Of a stretch of 64,000 nucleotides of DNA, positions 1 through 12,110 are shown piece by piece; position 1 is the stretch's first letter, and the number at the start of each line of letters is the position of its first letter. Under the pieces are notes generated by a model. It made no database searches. It saw only the letters and a program-made list of their open reading frames with translations, and was not told the DNA's origin. The DNA comes from Batkoa obscura (taxonomy: Eukaryota), in contig JASVEC010000010.1 in assembly GCA_030770535.1 (NCBI GenBank), forward strand, positions 620,001-684,000, in the 5' to 3' direction. The translations under genes were made by a program, and so were the position numbers.

Positions 1-74
1 TATATTCCTAATGAATAATAAGTAAAGTTTAACAAAAAGTAAATAAGAAGTTTAAAAAAGATCTTCTAATCAAA

Positions 75-146
75 AGGTCATGCCGAGGCTCGAACTCGGA
101 TTACAAGAATCAGAATCTTGGGTGCTAGCCATTACACTACACGACC
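75..146 (-). tRNA. tRNA-Gln(CTG)
   Basis: Reverse complement GGTCGTGTAGTGTAATGG...CAAGA-TTCTGAT-TCTTG...GTTCGAG...CATGACCT folds as a 72-nt cloverleaf with anticodon CTG; followed by a T-run terminator. Confidence 0.96.
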
Positions 147-593
147 AGTTTGCATACCCCAATGAAGAAGTATAATATTTAATCTGTTTTATTATAGAAT
201 CTTTTAAGTTTGATATTGTAAAAATAGCTTACTAATAACAAAAATTCATTTATTGTATAGTAATTAGCACTTAAAGTGTGCTGTAAATTCAATCGATTGT
301 ATATAAAATAAGCAATTTGAATTATTTAAATTTGGCCAGCACTGACAATTTTAAAAAACACAATGAATTTTAACAATTTTAATGAGGGAGGATTACATTA
401 GTTTTCAAGTTTGAAATGAAATGACTTGGTCAGCGCTATAAAAAAGGCAAATTCATGGTGTATTTAGACTGGCTAAGTTTATTAAAAGAGCTCCTTAAAT
501 TTAATTTTCGAAATTCAATTTTTTAAATTTACTTTATTTTTTTAATTGTAACAAAAAGCAACATTTTACATTTGTAATTAGTACCAAGGCATC

Positions 594-1921
594 ATGTATA
601 AACAGTTGAAGTCAATAAAGAATCACTTTATAAATTATATAAACAACCTAAAAACAAATCCGAAGGATATTTTGAGTAAGCATAAGCTAAGACTCATTAT
701 AGGAAACGAGGCTGCAGGTAATTAAAGCTGTTATATCTTTATTATAAAATCACTAATGTCACCCTAGATCTTGACTCAATCGTATCCTCTATAGCCTTAG
801 GCCTCGCTTTAAATACGCCCAAAACTCTATTTAACGATCCGGTCATCCCATCCACTTTATCCATCCCAATCATTAACATTCCACGTCAAGATATCCAGCT
901 CCGACCTGAAGCCTTATTCTTGTTTGATTACTGTAATCTCACCTTTGATGATATCCTATTTATAAACGATGAGCCTGTATCTCAACTGATTCAATTATTG
1001 AAAAATAGCAATGTAGTAAAAGAAAATATAAAGCTTGACTTCACCCTAGTAGACCACAACATTTTAAACCCTCACTTTTCAAGCTGGCCAGCTACAGTAT
1101 CTCAAATCTTTGATCACCATCAGGATGAAAAAAAACACTTAGACGCAGATATACGTATAGTTGAACCTGTTGGATCCAATACCACACTTATCATGGAGCA
1201 GATTAAAAAGCTAATTAAACAAGGTGAAACTGAAGAAAACTTGCTCAGTTTACCAAGTTTTGCCAAGCTTTTACTTGGTCCTATTTTGGTCGATACTGTT
1301 AATTTAAAGGGCGAATATGGTAGGGTTACAGACAAAGATCGGAATGTTGCCAATGAGCTTGGTGATATTATTAAAAATGAGAGCTCAGGTGAGTTTACTT
1401 TTGATGATTATTTTAAGCAGTTAAACCAGGCTAAGAAGGAGGTTGGAAGTATGAATACGGTACAGTTGTTGAGAAGAGATTTTAAAACCTGGGAAGTGAA
1501 GAAAGGGATTAGTTTGGGTATTTCATCGATCATCAATTTTGATTTAAAAGATTGGAGGATCAGAGATAAGAAAGAGTCAGAACAGGGGGAGTACTCAAAT
1601 CTACTATCATCTTGTCAAGAGTTTTCAGAAGGATCGGATTTGACTATTTTAATAGTTCTTTTATCAAAAGAATATTCTAGTCCAGATAAGGACGATTTAT
1701 TTAGAAGAGAGATGGTTATCTACACCAAAGATAGATGCCTTTTAAAATATATTCAAAATCAATTAGAAAAGTGTGCCATCTTAGATTTAAAAAATTTAGA
1801 CTATATTAAGAATACTAAGTTCATTGAAATGAACTTCATAGGCTATGAACAGAAGAATATTTCAGCTTCTAGAAAAGTTTCCTATCCTATTATTAGAGAT
1901 ATGTTAATAAATTATAAATAA
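594..1921 (+). CDS. PPX1: Exopolyphosphatase (DHH/DHHA2, PPX1/PRUNE family); exons 594-717 and 768-1921
   Basis: Splicing the GT-AG intron 718-767 restores the motif GNEAADLDS; also VDHN, FDHH, VGSNTT, ILVDTVNL and ASRK motifs. Confidence 0.92.
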
Positions 1922-2210
1922 TCTTTCAAATAATGGTAAAGTTGGATATATACTGTAATCAAAAGTTAAAAGGATTTTTAAGATAAGCATAAATTATATT
2001 TTATAAAATTCTAATTTAAAAATTATACAGTAATAAATTTGTTGGTTTTATCTAAATATTGAGAATTAAAGCTAGTGAGAGCATATATTAAAACGCTTAA
2101 ATTTATAAACAAAAATAATTTCATTCAAGAAAGGTGAATTGAATAAGACAAAATCGTAACCATAGTTCGATATAAAATAGTTTTCCATTCTCAATGCTCA
2201 TAAATAAAAC

Positions 2211-2538
2211 TTAACATGTACGATATAACAAAATCGCGGTCAATCCGATATAAAAATAGATAAAGCATTTAGTTTCTAAACAAAGTAATTAATAACCAAC
2301 ATCTGAAATAAAATCTCAACCTACCATGGGTAACTGAGGAGCCAAATGAACGGCCAACTATGCAATGCCAGTGAGGTCCATATTTTTGGTCAAAGTGGCG
2401 TTTAATATAAGTGGCCACATCTCTTTCTACATTATTTTTTTCTAATGCTTCAGCAGCGAAAAAAAAGACTTCTTCTTGCATGTCTTCTGACATGTCCACG
2501 CTTTTAACTACTGGTTTTGAATCCTGCCCTTTATCCAT
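2211..2538 (-). CDS. DYN2: Dynein light chain LC8; exons 2538-2325 and 2275-2211
   Basis: VKSVDMSEDMQ...ERDVATYIKRHFDQKYGPHWHCIVGRSFGSSVTH|ETKCFIYFY after removing the 49-nt intron 2276-2324. Confidence 0.95.
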
Positions 2539-2713
2539 TTAAAATTTATAAATTAACTGAAAAATCTGCGTCATAATTTTAGCCTTAAACGTATTCATTG
2601 GATGAGGATCAAGGATTTAGCTAGGTTATGGGATTTTTAGGAATCGCCTTTGACTTATCATAAACTTTTAGAGATCAATAAATTTTATTTTTTACATAGA
2701 ATAATATCAAAAA

Positions 2714-3133
2714 ATGACTATTGGCAAAAAATTAGTGTATTTCCCCAACTTAGTATTTACAATGGTACGTACCAGTTTACCACCAAATCAAGTAGCTTTC
2801 CGTGTACCACTGAAAACGAGCAAATTAGATATCCGTGATTATTTATATAACTTATATCAAGTTAAAGCTGTAGATGTAAGAACTATGATCTACCAAGGTA
2901 CGATGACTAGAAATAGAGCTACTCGTCGTCGTACTAGAAATGCCTCAACTAAAAAGGCAATCGTTACTTTAGAAAACGAATTCCAATACCCAGAACCCCC
3001 AAATATGGAAGACTTTGGTGGATCCCAAACTAAATTAGCTATGGATAAAGTAAAATCGAAACTTAAGGGATGGCGTATACGTCAAAATCTTAGCGCTGTA
3101 TCTAAATCGGTTTCAGAAAGTAAATCAACATAA
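2714..3133 (+). CDS. MRP20: Mitochondrial ribosomal protein uL23m
   Basis: YFPNLVFTMVR...VAFRVPLKTSKLDIRDYLYNLYQVKAVDVRT...KKAIVTLENEFQYP is typical of mito L23; divergent from DYN2 with a 175-bp gap. Confidence 0.88.
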   Translation: MTIGKKLVYFPNLVFTMVRTSLPPNQVAFRVPLKTSKLDIRDYLYNLYQVKAVDVRTMIYQGTMTRNRATRRRTRNASTKKAIVTLENEFQYPEPPNMEDFGGSQTKLAMDKVKSKLKGWRIRQNLSAVSKSVSESKST

Positions 3134-3708
3134 ATGCGTTTTTAAGTATATAAATCAAGCTAGAGTTTAAAATTGGAAAGATAACATATTTTGTTTAATT
3201 TGATAGGATAGGGTTTTAAACTATGAATTAAAATTAAAACTAAAATTAGAAATTATAGGATTGAGTGTTTGATTATTTAAACGTTTCGATTTTATTTCTT
3301 GATATACTTATAGCTATAAAGGATTCAGTTGTTTAGAAAGATTAATTATATAATTCTTATTGTACAGCTCAAAAATTAACTAGAACATTTAAATTGCTAT
3401 ATATATTTATTAAACTATATCGATGTAGCTCAGAAAAATAGTCATCAAAAAATTAAAATAAAGAAATAGAATAAGAATAGAACATAACTTTTCATTCTAA
3501 TAGTGAAGCTTTTTAATATAAGATAGTATTAAAAAGCCCTTTGGAACAAAATATACTATATGAGTTTATGTTTATAGATATAACTTAGAGTAGATAGTTT
3601 TAAAAACTGTAATACTATCAAGCTATAGAAATTGATTTTAAATAAACGAATTATTTTAACTAGTTTCCCACGTTCGAATATATATTCCTTATCATTAGTA
3701 TATCTTTT

Positions 3709-3754
3709 TTTAAAAGATGAAAAAGATAATGAAGTCAAAAAAAACACTCCATAT
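3709..3754 (-). mobile_element. MITE family fragment (left-end half)
   Basis: TAAAAGATGAAAAAGATAATGAAGTCAAAAAAAACACTCCATAT matches the end of the copies at 23052 and 24604. Confidence 0.7.
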
Positions 3755-3791
3755 ATTTTTATTTCAAAATATGAAGGGAATAAAGGGTAGA

Positions 3792-3848
3792 TTATTAAGC
3801 GGGAAATTTGTTAGTAAAATTCTTAAACACAAAAATATATCCTTATAT
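3792..3848 (+). mobile_element. MITE family fragment (right-end half)
   Basis: TTAAGCGGGAAATTTGTTAGTAAAATTCTTAAACACAAAAATATATCCTTATAT matches the 3' half of the copies at 25037 and 29174. Confidence 0.75.
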
Positions 3849-3895
3849 TTATTTTCATGACCTTTATATTTTTATTTAGAATAACAAAAAAAATA

Positions 3896-3966
3896 TGCAA
3901 TGTCCGGGAATCGAACCCGGGGCTGCCGCGTGGCAGGCGGCAATTTTACCACTAAACCAACATTGC
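3896..3966 (-). tRNA. tRNA-Gly(GCC)
   Basis: Reverse complement GCAATGTTGGTTTAGTGGTAAAATTGCCGCCTGCCACGCGGCAGCCCCGGGTTCGATTCCCGGACATTGCA: cloverleaf, anticodon GCC, downstream T-run. Confidence 0.97.
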
Positions 3967-4174
3967 AACTGTTCAATGGTGTTGTTTAAAAGTAGTATAT
4001 AAATTTAAAAATAGTTTGTATGTGTGTTTTATATATAGCTCTGTCTATAATCTGAATAAGTTATCTATATAATATATTTATGGACCAAAATCATTGAAGA
4101 TACCAAAACAATAATAGCTAATTTATAATTAAAAATCTCTATAATTTTATTTCAACTATTCCAACAATTTAATC

Positions 4175-7114
4175 TTACTTAAACAAGTTTAAAGCAGATG
4201 TCTTTTTATGTCCTTTGAATACAAGGCTATCATCTAAAACCAATATTAATATTTCTTTGGTAACAAAAAATAATAAAAAAAGTTTACCATTTAAATTATT
4301 ATTCAAAGTATTAACCAACTCATTACCATTGGAAGATAAGTATTTTGAGGAGTAGCCTAAACCAAGGATAGGTTCTTTAAGTAATTCTTTCAATTGATAT
4401 TTCAACTTTTCTAATTGACCTTGTTTCTTTTTATTTTTTATCTTACTAACATCTTCATCTGAGCTAAGGCTAAAAGAATATCAATAAACAAAATCTAATT
4501 ATAATTTAAACATCTATTACTTATCTGAATCCAATTCAATTTCCAATAGATCCGCTGATTTTTTAAGCCAGGATTTATCTGCTTTATCCTAAAATATAAT
4601 CAGCACCTCTTAGAAAATAATCAAAATCTTCACTTACCTTATCTAAACCATGTTGTAACTGGTCGACCTGCTTAGCAAGCGCGAGTCTAGCTTTTAGTTT
4701 TGAAGCCAACAGTGAATCCACTGGAAACTCTTGAATATTAGCTCTTTTCAAAGCTTTGCAGATATTACGATAAGCTTTAAGTTCCTCTGGACAACAAAGC
4801 ATCAACGACATACCTTGACGTTTAGCACGAGCAGTACGACCAGATCGATGAATATATATTTCTCCGCTTCTTGGTATTTGATAATGTACAATATATTCTA
4901 CATTAGGAATATCTAACCCTCGAGCAGCTACATCAGAACAAATTAATACTACATTTTCTTCATTTTTAAATCGATCGACATTTTTCAATCTTTGCCTTTG
5001 TGGCATCTGTGCATGTAATGGGTAGGCGTTTACATTTAAATTTTTTAAGATCGGTACTATTCTTCGGATACTATCAATGCTGTTTAAGAATACTAGCGTA
5101 CGGCCAGGGTACCTTGTTACAAAGAAATAGAGATAAAGATCCTAAATATACGTTAATAACTTTATTAATAATTTAATTTAATATTACTTTTTCTTCTTTG
5201 ATACAGTCAATTCTAGCTTCGATCAATTTTTCACTTGTTATCTTTTTACTAGTTATATCGATATGTACTGGATTACTATCTTTGAATTTAATCTTTTTTA
5301 TTATAGCATCTAAATATAAAATATTAATAATCAAAAAATGCGAATGAACAAAATTTACCTATTACTGACTCCTTTGGTTTCTTGCTCTTAAAATTAGGAT
5401 TCGAAGTGTTACCATCCATAGTAGCAGAGAAAATAAAAGATTGATAGTTTGTATTGCTTCTATAATAAAAGAAACATGTAAATTATAAATTACTAACAAT
5501 ATAAAAATGATTACTTGTTGACCAAATCTAAAATGTATTGTAGTTCTTTAAAATGGCCTTTTTCAATCATTCTATCAGCTTCATCCAATACAAGGAACTT
5601 GATGTTTTGGACCAAATTTTTATTAAAATTGGACTAATTATTAATCAATAAAGAATGAAAAAATAGATCAGTAGTTAATTTACTTGTGTAATCAATTCCC
5701 ATAAACGACCTGGTGTAGCAACCAAAATATGTGGAATATGATTCAATATTCTTTCTTGCTTTTGAATACTCATACCACCAACGATAGCATCAACCTAAAA
5801 ATTAAATAACCTTCGTATATTGTCTATATGATATTCACCTTAATTCTAGCATATTTTGTCATTGCTTTTAAATGGTCTTTAATTTGAATAGCTAATTCAC
5901 GGGTGGGTGATAAAATCAACGCAAATAACTTTTGATTTTTTTCTAACGAGTTATCCATATAAGCTAATTTATTCAATATTGGTAATCCAAAGGCTAATGT
6001 TTTTCCAGAACCCTAAGCATATTATCAATAAACGATAATTAATATTTTATTAATCCAACTTACAGTTTCAGCACAACCAATGATATCTTTACCCTTCATA
6101 GCTTGTGGCATCACTCTTTTTTGAATTTCAGTAGGGCTTTCAAATCCTTGATCTTGAATTGCTTTTAAAATCCTTTCATTTAAATTGTATTCATTCCAAT
6201 GTTTCGTAGAATCACCTGGTACTTTAAAATAATTTCAATCTTTTATACTAATAAATATTATTTAAATTTACCAAACTTAAACTCAGCTTCTTTGTTTTCT
6301 TTATCATTAATTATAGTTTTTGCTTTCTTTTCCTTCTTTCCTTTTTTTTCTATCATCTTTTTTTCCAAGTCTCCAAAGTTAAAGTCTCCATCGCTTTCTT
6401 TTTCATTGTCTGATTCATTCCCTCCTTCTATAGCTTCTTCTTCATCTTCTTCTATATCTTCTTCTATATCTTCTTCATCTAATTCTGTATCTTCATCTAT
6501 ATCTTCATCTATATCTTCTTCTTCTTCTATGATATCCTCCTCTGTATTTTCAATTTCCTGAATTCCTTCTTCTTCACTATCCGAAAGAGGTCTTAAAACT
6601 AAGGGTCTTTTATTTTTCCTTTCTTTTTTAACTTCATCACCAGCTTCGGTTTCAACAAAATCATTAACATGAATAAATTCTACTTTTTTCATTTCTTCAA
6701 TTGATAAAGGAAGTTCATACTCATCTTTTTTGGCTTTATTATTGTTCTTTTTTAACTTTTTTTCATCAATTACCTATTAAAATGTTAGTTTTATCTCGTA
6801 GAAAGTTTAATTCTATATTATTAAATTACTTTAAATTGTAATGTTTTACCGCCATTTTTATCTTCTACCCATTCACAATCTACTCCCTCAATTTCTTCAA
6901 AACCTAATACATCTCCCATATCATCAGAAATTGTCAAAGCTTCACTGGTCTCCACTTTTTTCCAGGGTAAAGCGTTATATCGAATTGCTTTAACAGCTGG
7001 CATTGGTGGCGGATTATTACTTATCTCATGCCATTTCAAATCATTTTCAGTAGTATTACTTGTTCTCTTCTTTTTATTTTGTTGACTGTTGGTTTTATTC
7101 CCTTTTTTTGCCAT
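4175..7114 (-). CDS. MAK5: DEAD-box RNA helicase MAK5/DDX24, multi-exon
   Basis: Spliced exons give Q motif [66 protein letters not shown] and HRSGRTARA; acidic N-terminal region. Confidence 0.92.
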
Positions 7115-7741
7115 TTTGAAAGTAAGAATGAGTTGAGTTTTTTTGATTTGGGTTTTTAGTTTATTTTCGAAAATAAATCAATCTGGAAAACGGATTTTCG
7201 GACTGGTTATTAGCGATGAAAAATCAATTTTTTTTTGTTGAATGTCATGATAGTAAACGAGTTTTTAGTAGTGGTATAGTAAATTATATGTGCTAGTTTA
7301 TAAAATAGAGTTTTAGTATGTAAACAACATTAGCAAGGTAGCTTAAACTCTATGTATTATTTTTATGAAGCATTATTTAAAAATTTCAATATTTTTAAAA
7401 TTTTATTCTATTTTATTAGTTCAATCAATTTAGCCTTTTATCTTTTAGTAGGATTCACAACAATGAAGATATACAATAAAGCCAATCCTTTAGTAGTAAA
7501 AATGAAGATTTATAATATGATAGAAGCAATTTATAACTTTTATATAAATCTAATAGAATAGCTTGAAGCTACTATCATTAAACTTGGCTAAACTAACTTC
7601 CGTTTTGCCATTTGATTGGTTTATCTAAAAACCTCAAAAAATTGATAATTAAGCATAATTTAATTGCCAATAATGAATCGAGCTAAGTGTGATTAATCTC
7701 GAAATTCAAAAAAGCCATTTTTAGTTTACTAAAATAAAATT

Positions 7742-10270
7742 ATGGCAGGAACCGAAGCAGTAGTTGGAGCACAACAAGCAGTACCTCAAGGAACGCCACA
7801 AACAGAAGAAAATTTCTTCCAAAGATGGGGTGGTACTATTTTTAGAATGGTAGTTATGTATTGGTTGGTACAATCTTTTCAAGGTAAATTTATTAGACTA
7901 AACTTTAATTATATGATAGTTAGATGAATAATAGTATTCAGTTGTGAAATAAAGTGAGTTAATAAATTAATATTAGGAAATAAAAATAAGCAAGAAACCA
8001 CCAATGAGGTTGTAAAGGAAACTGATGGAGAAACTACTCAACAACAAGTAAAAATTACACCTGTTACGCCAGCTAACGGTATTGTTAAACCAGCTTGGAA
8101 GTTTGGACAATCTATAGTATGTTTTTTTAATATTCTTTATAATTAGATTTAATTTTCCCTAAATAAATAGTATTTTAAAATAGTAATAAATGAAGAAGAA
8201 ACTATTCAATCCACAAAAGATGAAAATAGTTTATATACTTTTCAAACAGACCCATTTGTATTTACTGCTGAGGAATTCAAGTTCAATTATAACCATCAAA
8301 TTGAATTATCAAATGTAAAATTTTTAATCGATTGTTGAAATTCAGTTTTAATATATAAATAGAATACCCAACATAACGGAACTATTTATGCTCATTTATA
8401 TTTAGCTAAGGAGGGTTTCTCTATTAATGAAGAGGATAGCAATTACTCTCCAGAAGCTGTTTTATATAGAAAAAAAGGTAATTATTTTTCAAAAATATTA
8501 TGTATAAATAACAGCTATTAAATGAATTTTAGTATTGACACGTTATTTCCCAATCAAAAAGCAAGCTAAAATGAAAAGATTAATTGGAAACAATAAAGAA
8601 GAGGAAGAGGAAGAAGCTGAAGAAGTTATTATTGCTGATGATTCAGCAAAGGAAACCAAAACTAACTTCGTAAGTTTTTATTACTTTTTTTAAAACCTCT
8701 AAGTTATTTATTTTATCAAGAAATCTTTATTACTAAAAAATACTGGACCTGTATATGCTCATTGGCACAATAATTTTACTATTCAGTTAGTAAATAGTGA
8801 TACTCCACTTCAATCTAGAGGTTTACCACCTCCAGTATTAGAGCGTAAGTTATACACCCATGAAAATTAATATACAATTATTAAACAAAATGCATCAATA
8901 GATATAAGATACATCCATGAAGCAGATAAGGAAATCCAAGATTCTATTTATCCTATTGTTTATTTTAATGATTTTTGGGTATTAAGAGAAAATTGCTATC
9001 CCGTTAATCAAACTTTGAGGTAAATTGAATAGAATTCGGTATATTATTAGTATAACTCATGATGTTGATATTATAATTACTAGCACTCTACCAATCAACG
9101 TTGAAATTAGTAACATAGCATTATGGAAGTTTCAAATGATAGCAGCAGCCGATGCTCAACTTAGTATGCAAATGCAAATGATGGGTGGAGATCCACATGA
9201 AATGGATTTAATTAAAGTAAAAATAAATTCATATTAAATAATCATAATTGTAATAATACTCTTATTAGTCTACATTGATGGATACCAACCCTTGGTTATT
9301 AGGATTAACTATGATAGTATCTTTACTTCATTCTTTATTTGATTTCTTAGCATTTAAAAATGGTAAATGTTTCTTTAAAGTTTTTAGGCTTCGTTTTAAT
9401 TTGTAATTCTTAGATATTGCCTTCTGGCAAAACAAAAAAGATAATATTGGTGTTTCTGTTAGAACCTTAACCATGAATATTATCTTCCAATTAATCATCT
9501 TTTTGTATTTATTTGATAATTCGGATTCTACTTCTTGGATGGTATTAATATCTAATTTCGTTTCTCTTTTAATTGAGGCTTGGAAAATCAAAAAAGCTTT
9601 AAATGTTAAAGTAAGTATTTTTATATTTTATTTGTTATGTTTTATTTATTAATTGAATTTTAGTTTATTAAGACAAATACTGGGTTTTTACCTTATACTT
9701 TAGAATTTCAATCAAAAGAAACTACCGAATTAGAAGAAAAGACCGATGAATACGATCAGGTAGGTTACTTGATTATAACAAAATTAATAGTATTTATCAA
9801 AATGTAATTTATAGATGGCTTACACTTACTTATCTTACATTGCGTATCCACTATTAGTAGGTTATGCTATCTATTCCTTATACTATGAAACTCATAAGAG
9901 CTGGTATTCCTATTTCGTTAATACGGCTGTAGGGTTTGTATATGCTTTTGGATTTATAACAATGACGCCCCAATTATTTATCAACTACAAACTTAAATCA
10001 GTTGCCCATATGCCTTTCAAAACATTTATGTATAAAGCATTAAACACTTTTATTGATGATTTATTCGCTTTTATCATTAAGATGCCAACCTTACATAGAT
10101 TAGCTTGTTTAAGAGATGATGTAGTATTCTTTGTTTATCTTTATCAAAGGTGGATTTATAAAGAAGACCATACTAGAGCTAATGAATTTGGTCAAGTCGC
10201 TTTAGATGAAAATGAAACTAAAGATAAAAAAGAGGAGGCTAAATCCATTGAATCAAAAAAAGAAAAATAA
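7742..10270 (+). CDS. CLPTM1-family ER membrane protein (putative lipid scramblase), multi-exon
   Basis: HNGTIYAH, YYPIVYFNDFW, DTNPWLL...FLAFKNDIAFW, GFITMTPQLFINYKLKSVAHMPFK, KALNTFIDDLFAF, RANEFG. Confidence 0.93.
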
Positions 10271-10370
10271 AGTAGCATTTTTTTAGATAAATATTATTGT
10301 TTTTATGCTTTTTATTGTTTACAGTCAGTCCCCTTCTCAAAGTCTAATGTTATAAAAAGTTGGTTTATAT

Positions 10371-10550
10371 TTAACACCTACGACATCCTCCTGCTCCTCC
10401 TATACCGACTGCATGCGCTCCTCCAGGTCCAAACCCTATAGCTGCACCTAATCCAATATCTAAGAACTTATCTTCTTTACTTTGATTAGAGTTTATCGGG
10501 ATAGTAAGTACTAAAGTTGATAACGTAACTAATACGAATAATAATTTCAT
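10371..10550 (-). CDS. Small secreted glycine-rich peptide precursor (59 aa)
   Basis: Intronless ORF MKLLFVLVTLSTLVLTIPINSNQSKEDKFLDIGLGAAIGFGPGGAHAVGIGGAGGCRRC*; clear signal-peptide-like N-terminus and a GC-richer island in AT-rich DNA. Confidence 0.75.
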   Translation of the reverse strand: MKLLFVLVTLSTLVLTIPINSNQSKEDKFLDIGLGAAIGFGPGGAHAVGIGGAGGCRRC

Positions 10551-12110
10551 AGTTATAATATTATCCTTTTGATAAATAATAAGAGATGTCAGGTTTATGA
10601 TATAATATTACATTTATTCATGTATTTATAGTTTTTTTCTAACTCAGCCTAATTTTTTTTTTAAAAATTGATCAACATTTTATTTTTCTATATTTGGATG
10701 AGTTTGATTTTTTAGTTTAAAATGTTTATCTTTCTTATTTATATGAAATCGAATATAATATTTATTTAAAATCCTTTTACATTGTTTTATATTCAATATA
10801 GAATTATATAGTATCTTATTTATTTCCCCTATTGTATATCATTTAGAGCTTACGAATGACATCTAAATTATTCTAAAGTTTTAACACTATTTATTATATA
10901 ATAATGATTCGTTATTATTAATATTTTAATATTCAAATATGAACATAGTTTATTTGGCTACCTTTAAATGTTCAATAATTTGCTATTTATAAATGAAGAC
11001 GATTTTTATTATAGACAGTAGTTATAACAATAGAAATTGGATTTTTTGTATAAACTTTATAACTTTAAATCCAACTATTTATTAAGTTTTTTTATAACAA
11101 AATTATCTTTATTAAACATTAAACTACTACATAATTTTTCTTTAATGTTTACTATAACATGAAATAATGCTGCAATAGCTTAAACATTTTATAGTTCAAG
11201 GTTCTGGTTCTGTTGTATAAGAAAAAGCTACCACCTTCTTAATCATAGATATAACTTATAACACATACATTAACAGAAAATACTAAGATTGTTTATATCA
11301 TAAAAATAATTTGTACATGTATGGTATTATAAAATAAATAAAACTTTTATTAACACTTATCAATAAATACAATCTTTGAATATCTTCTTTAAATTACACG
11401 TATAAGTTACGTGGAAGTTTCAACTTTAATGAGATTTATATAAAAAAAAGTAAAAATCAAATAATTTTTGTGCTTTTTTTAAAAAACTCATAAACAATCT
11501 GGAATAAACAATTTAAAGAACATTTAACTATCTTTTTATAACACAGCCTTTATGTTCTGATATATTAGATTTAATATATTTAAGGACATCAAGTTTTTGG
11601 AGGTTATTCGATTCTTCACAAATTTAAATCTTAGAGCTGTGGCAACTCTATTGAGACTTAATTTTTAATAATCTTTAGAACTAATTATTTATCTAGTTGG
11701 TTTTTTTGAAGCTTAGTTCTATAATTTTAGGCTGATTTTGGTGACTCTATTCTCAAATAAACAGCTAATTAGGTCGTAATAAAGTTAAAAAATCTAAAAG
11801 CTGACAAAAATTATTCGCAGCAGTTAGAAAGCTACTTATAGCTTTTATATTATTGGATAAAAAAGGATTACCTAAAGGCGCAGCTATTACAGAGAGGGAG
11901 GAAAAAGAAATCAAACTTTAAAAAAATTAAGATTAAAGCCCAAGAGCGAAAATAACATATTAATAGTAAGTTAAAAATAATTAAATAATTAATAATAACT
12001 GCGATAATTTATTAATTTTAAAATAAACCTATTTAAATACCAACGGAGTTCGCATCTATTGAATTTTTTTTATATTTATTTCATCTATTATAATAATCAA
12101 TTTATTAATC

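Noticed and set aside
6199..6561. 120-aa Ser-rich + strand ORF
   Set aside because: Antisense shadow of the acidic EEDI-repeat exon of MAK5.
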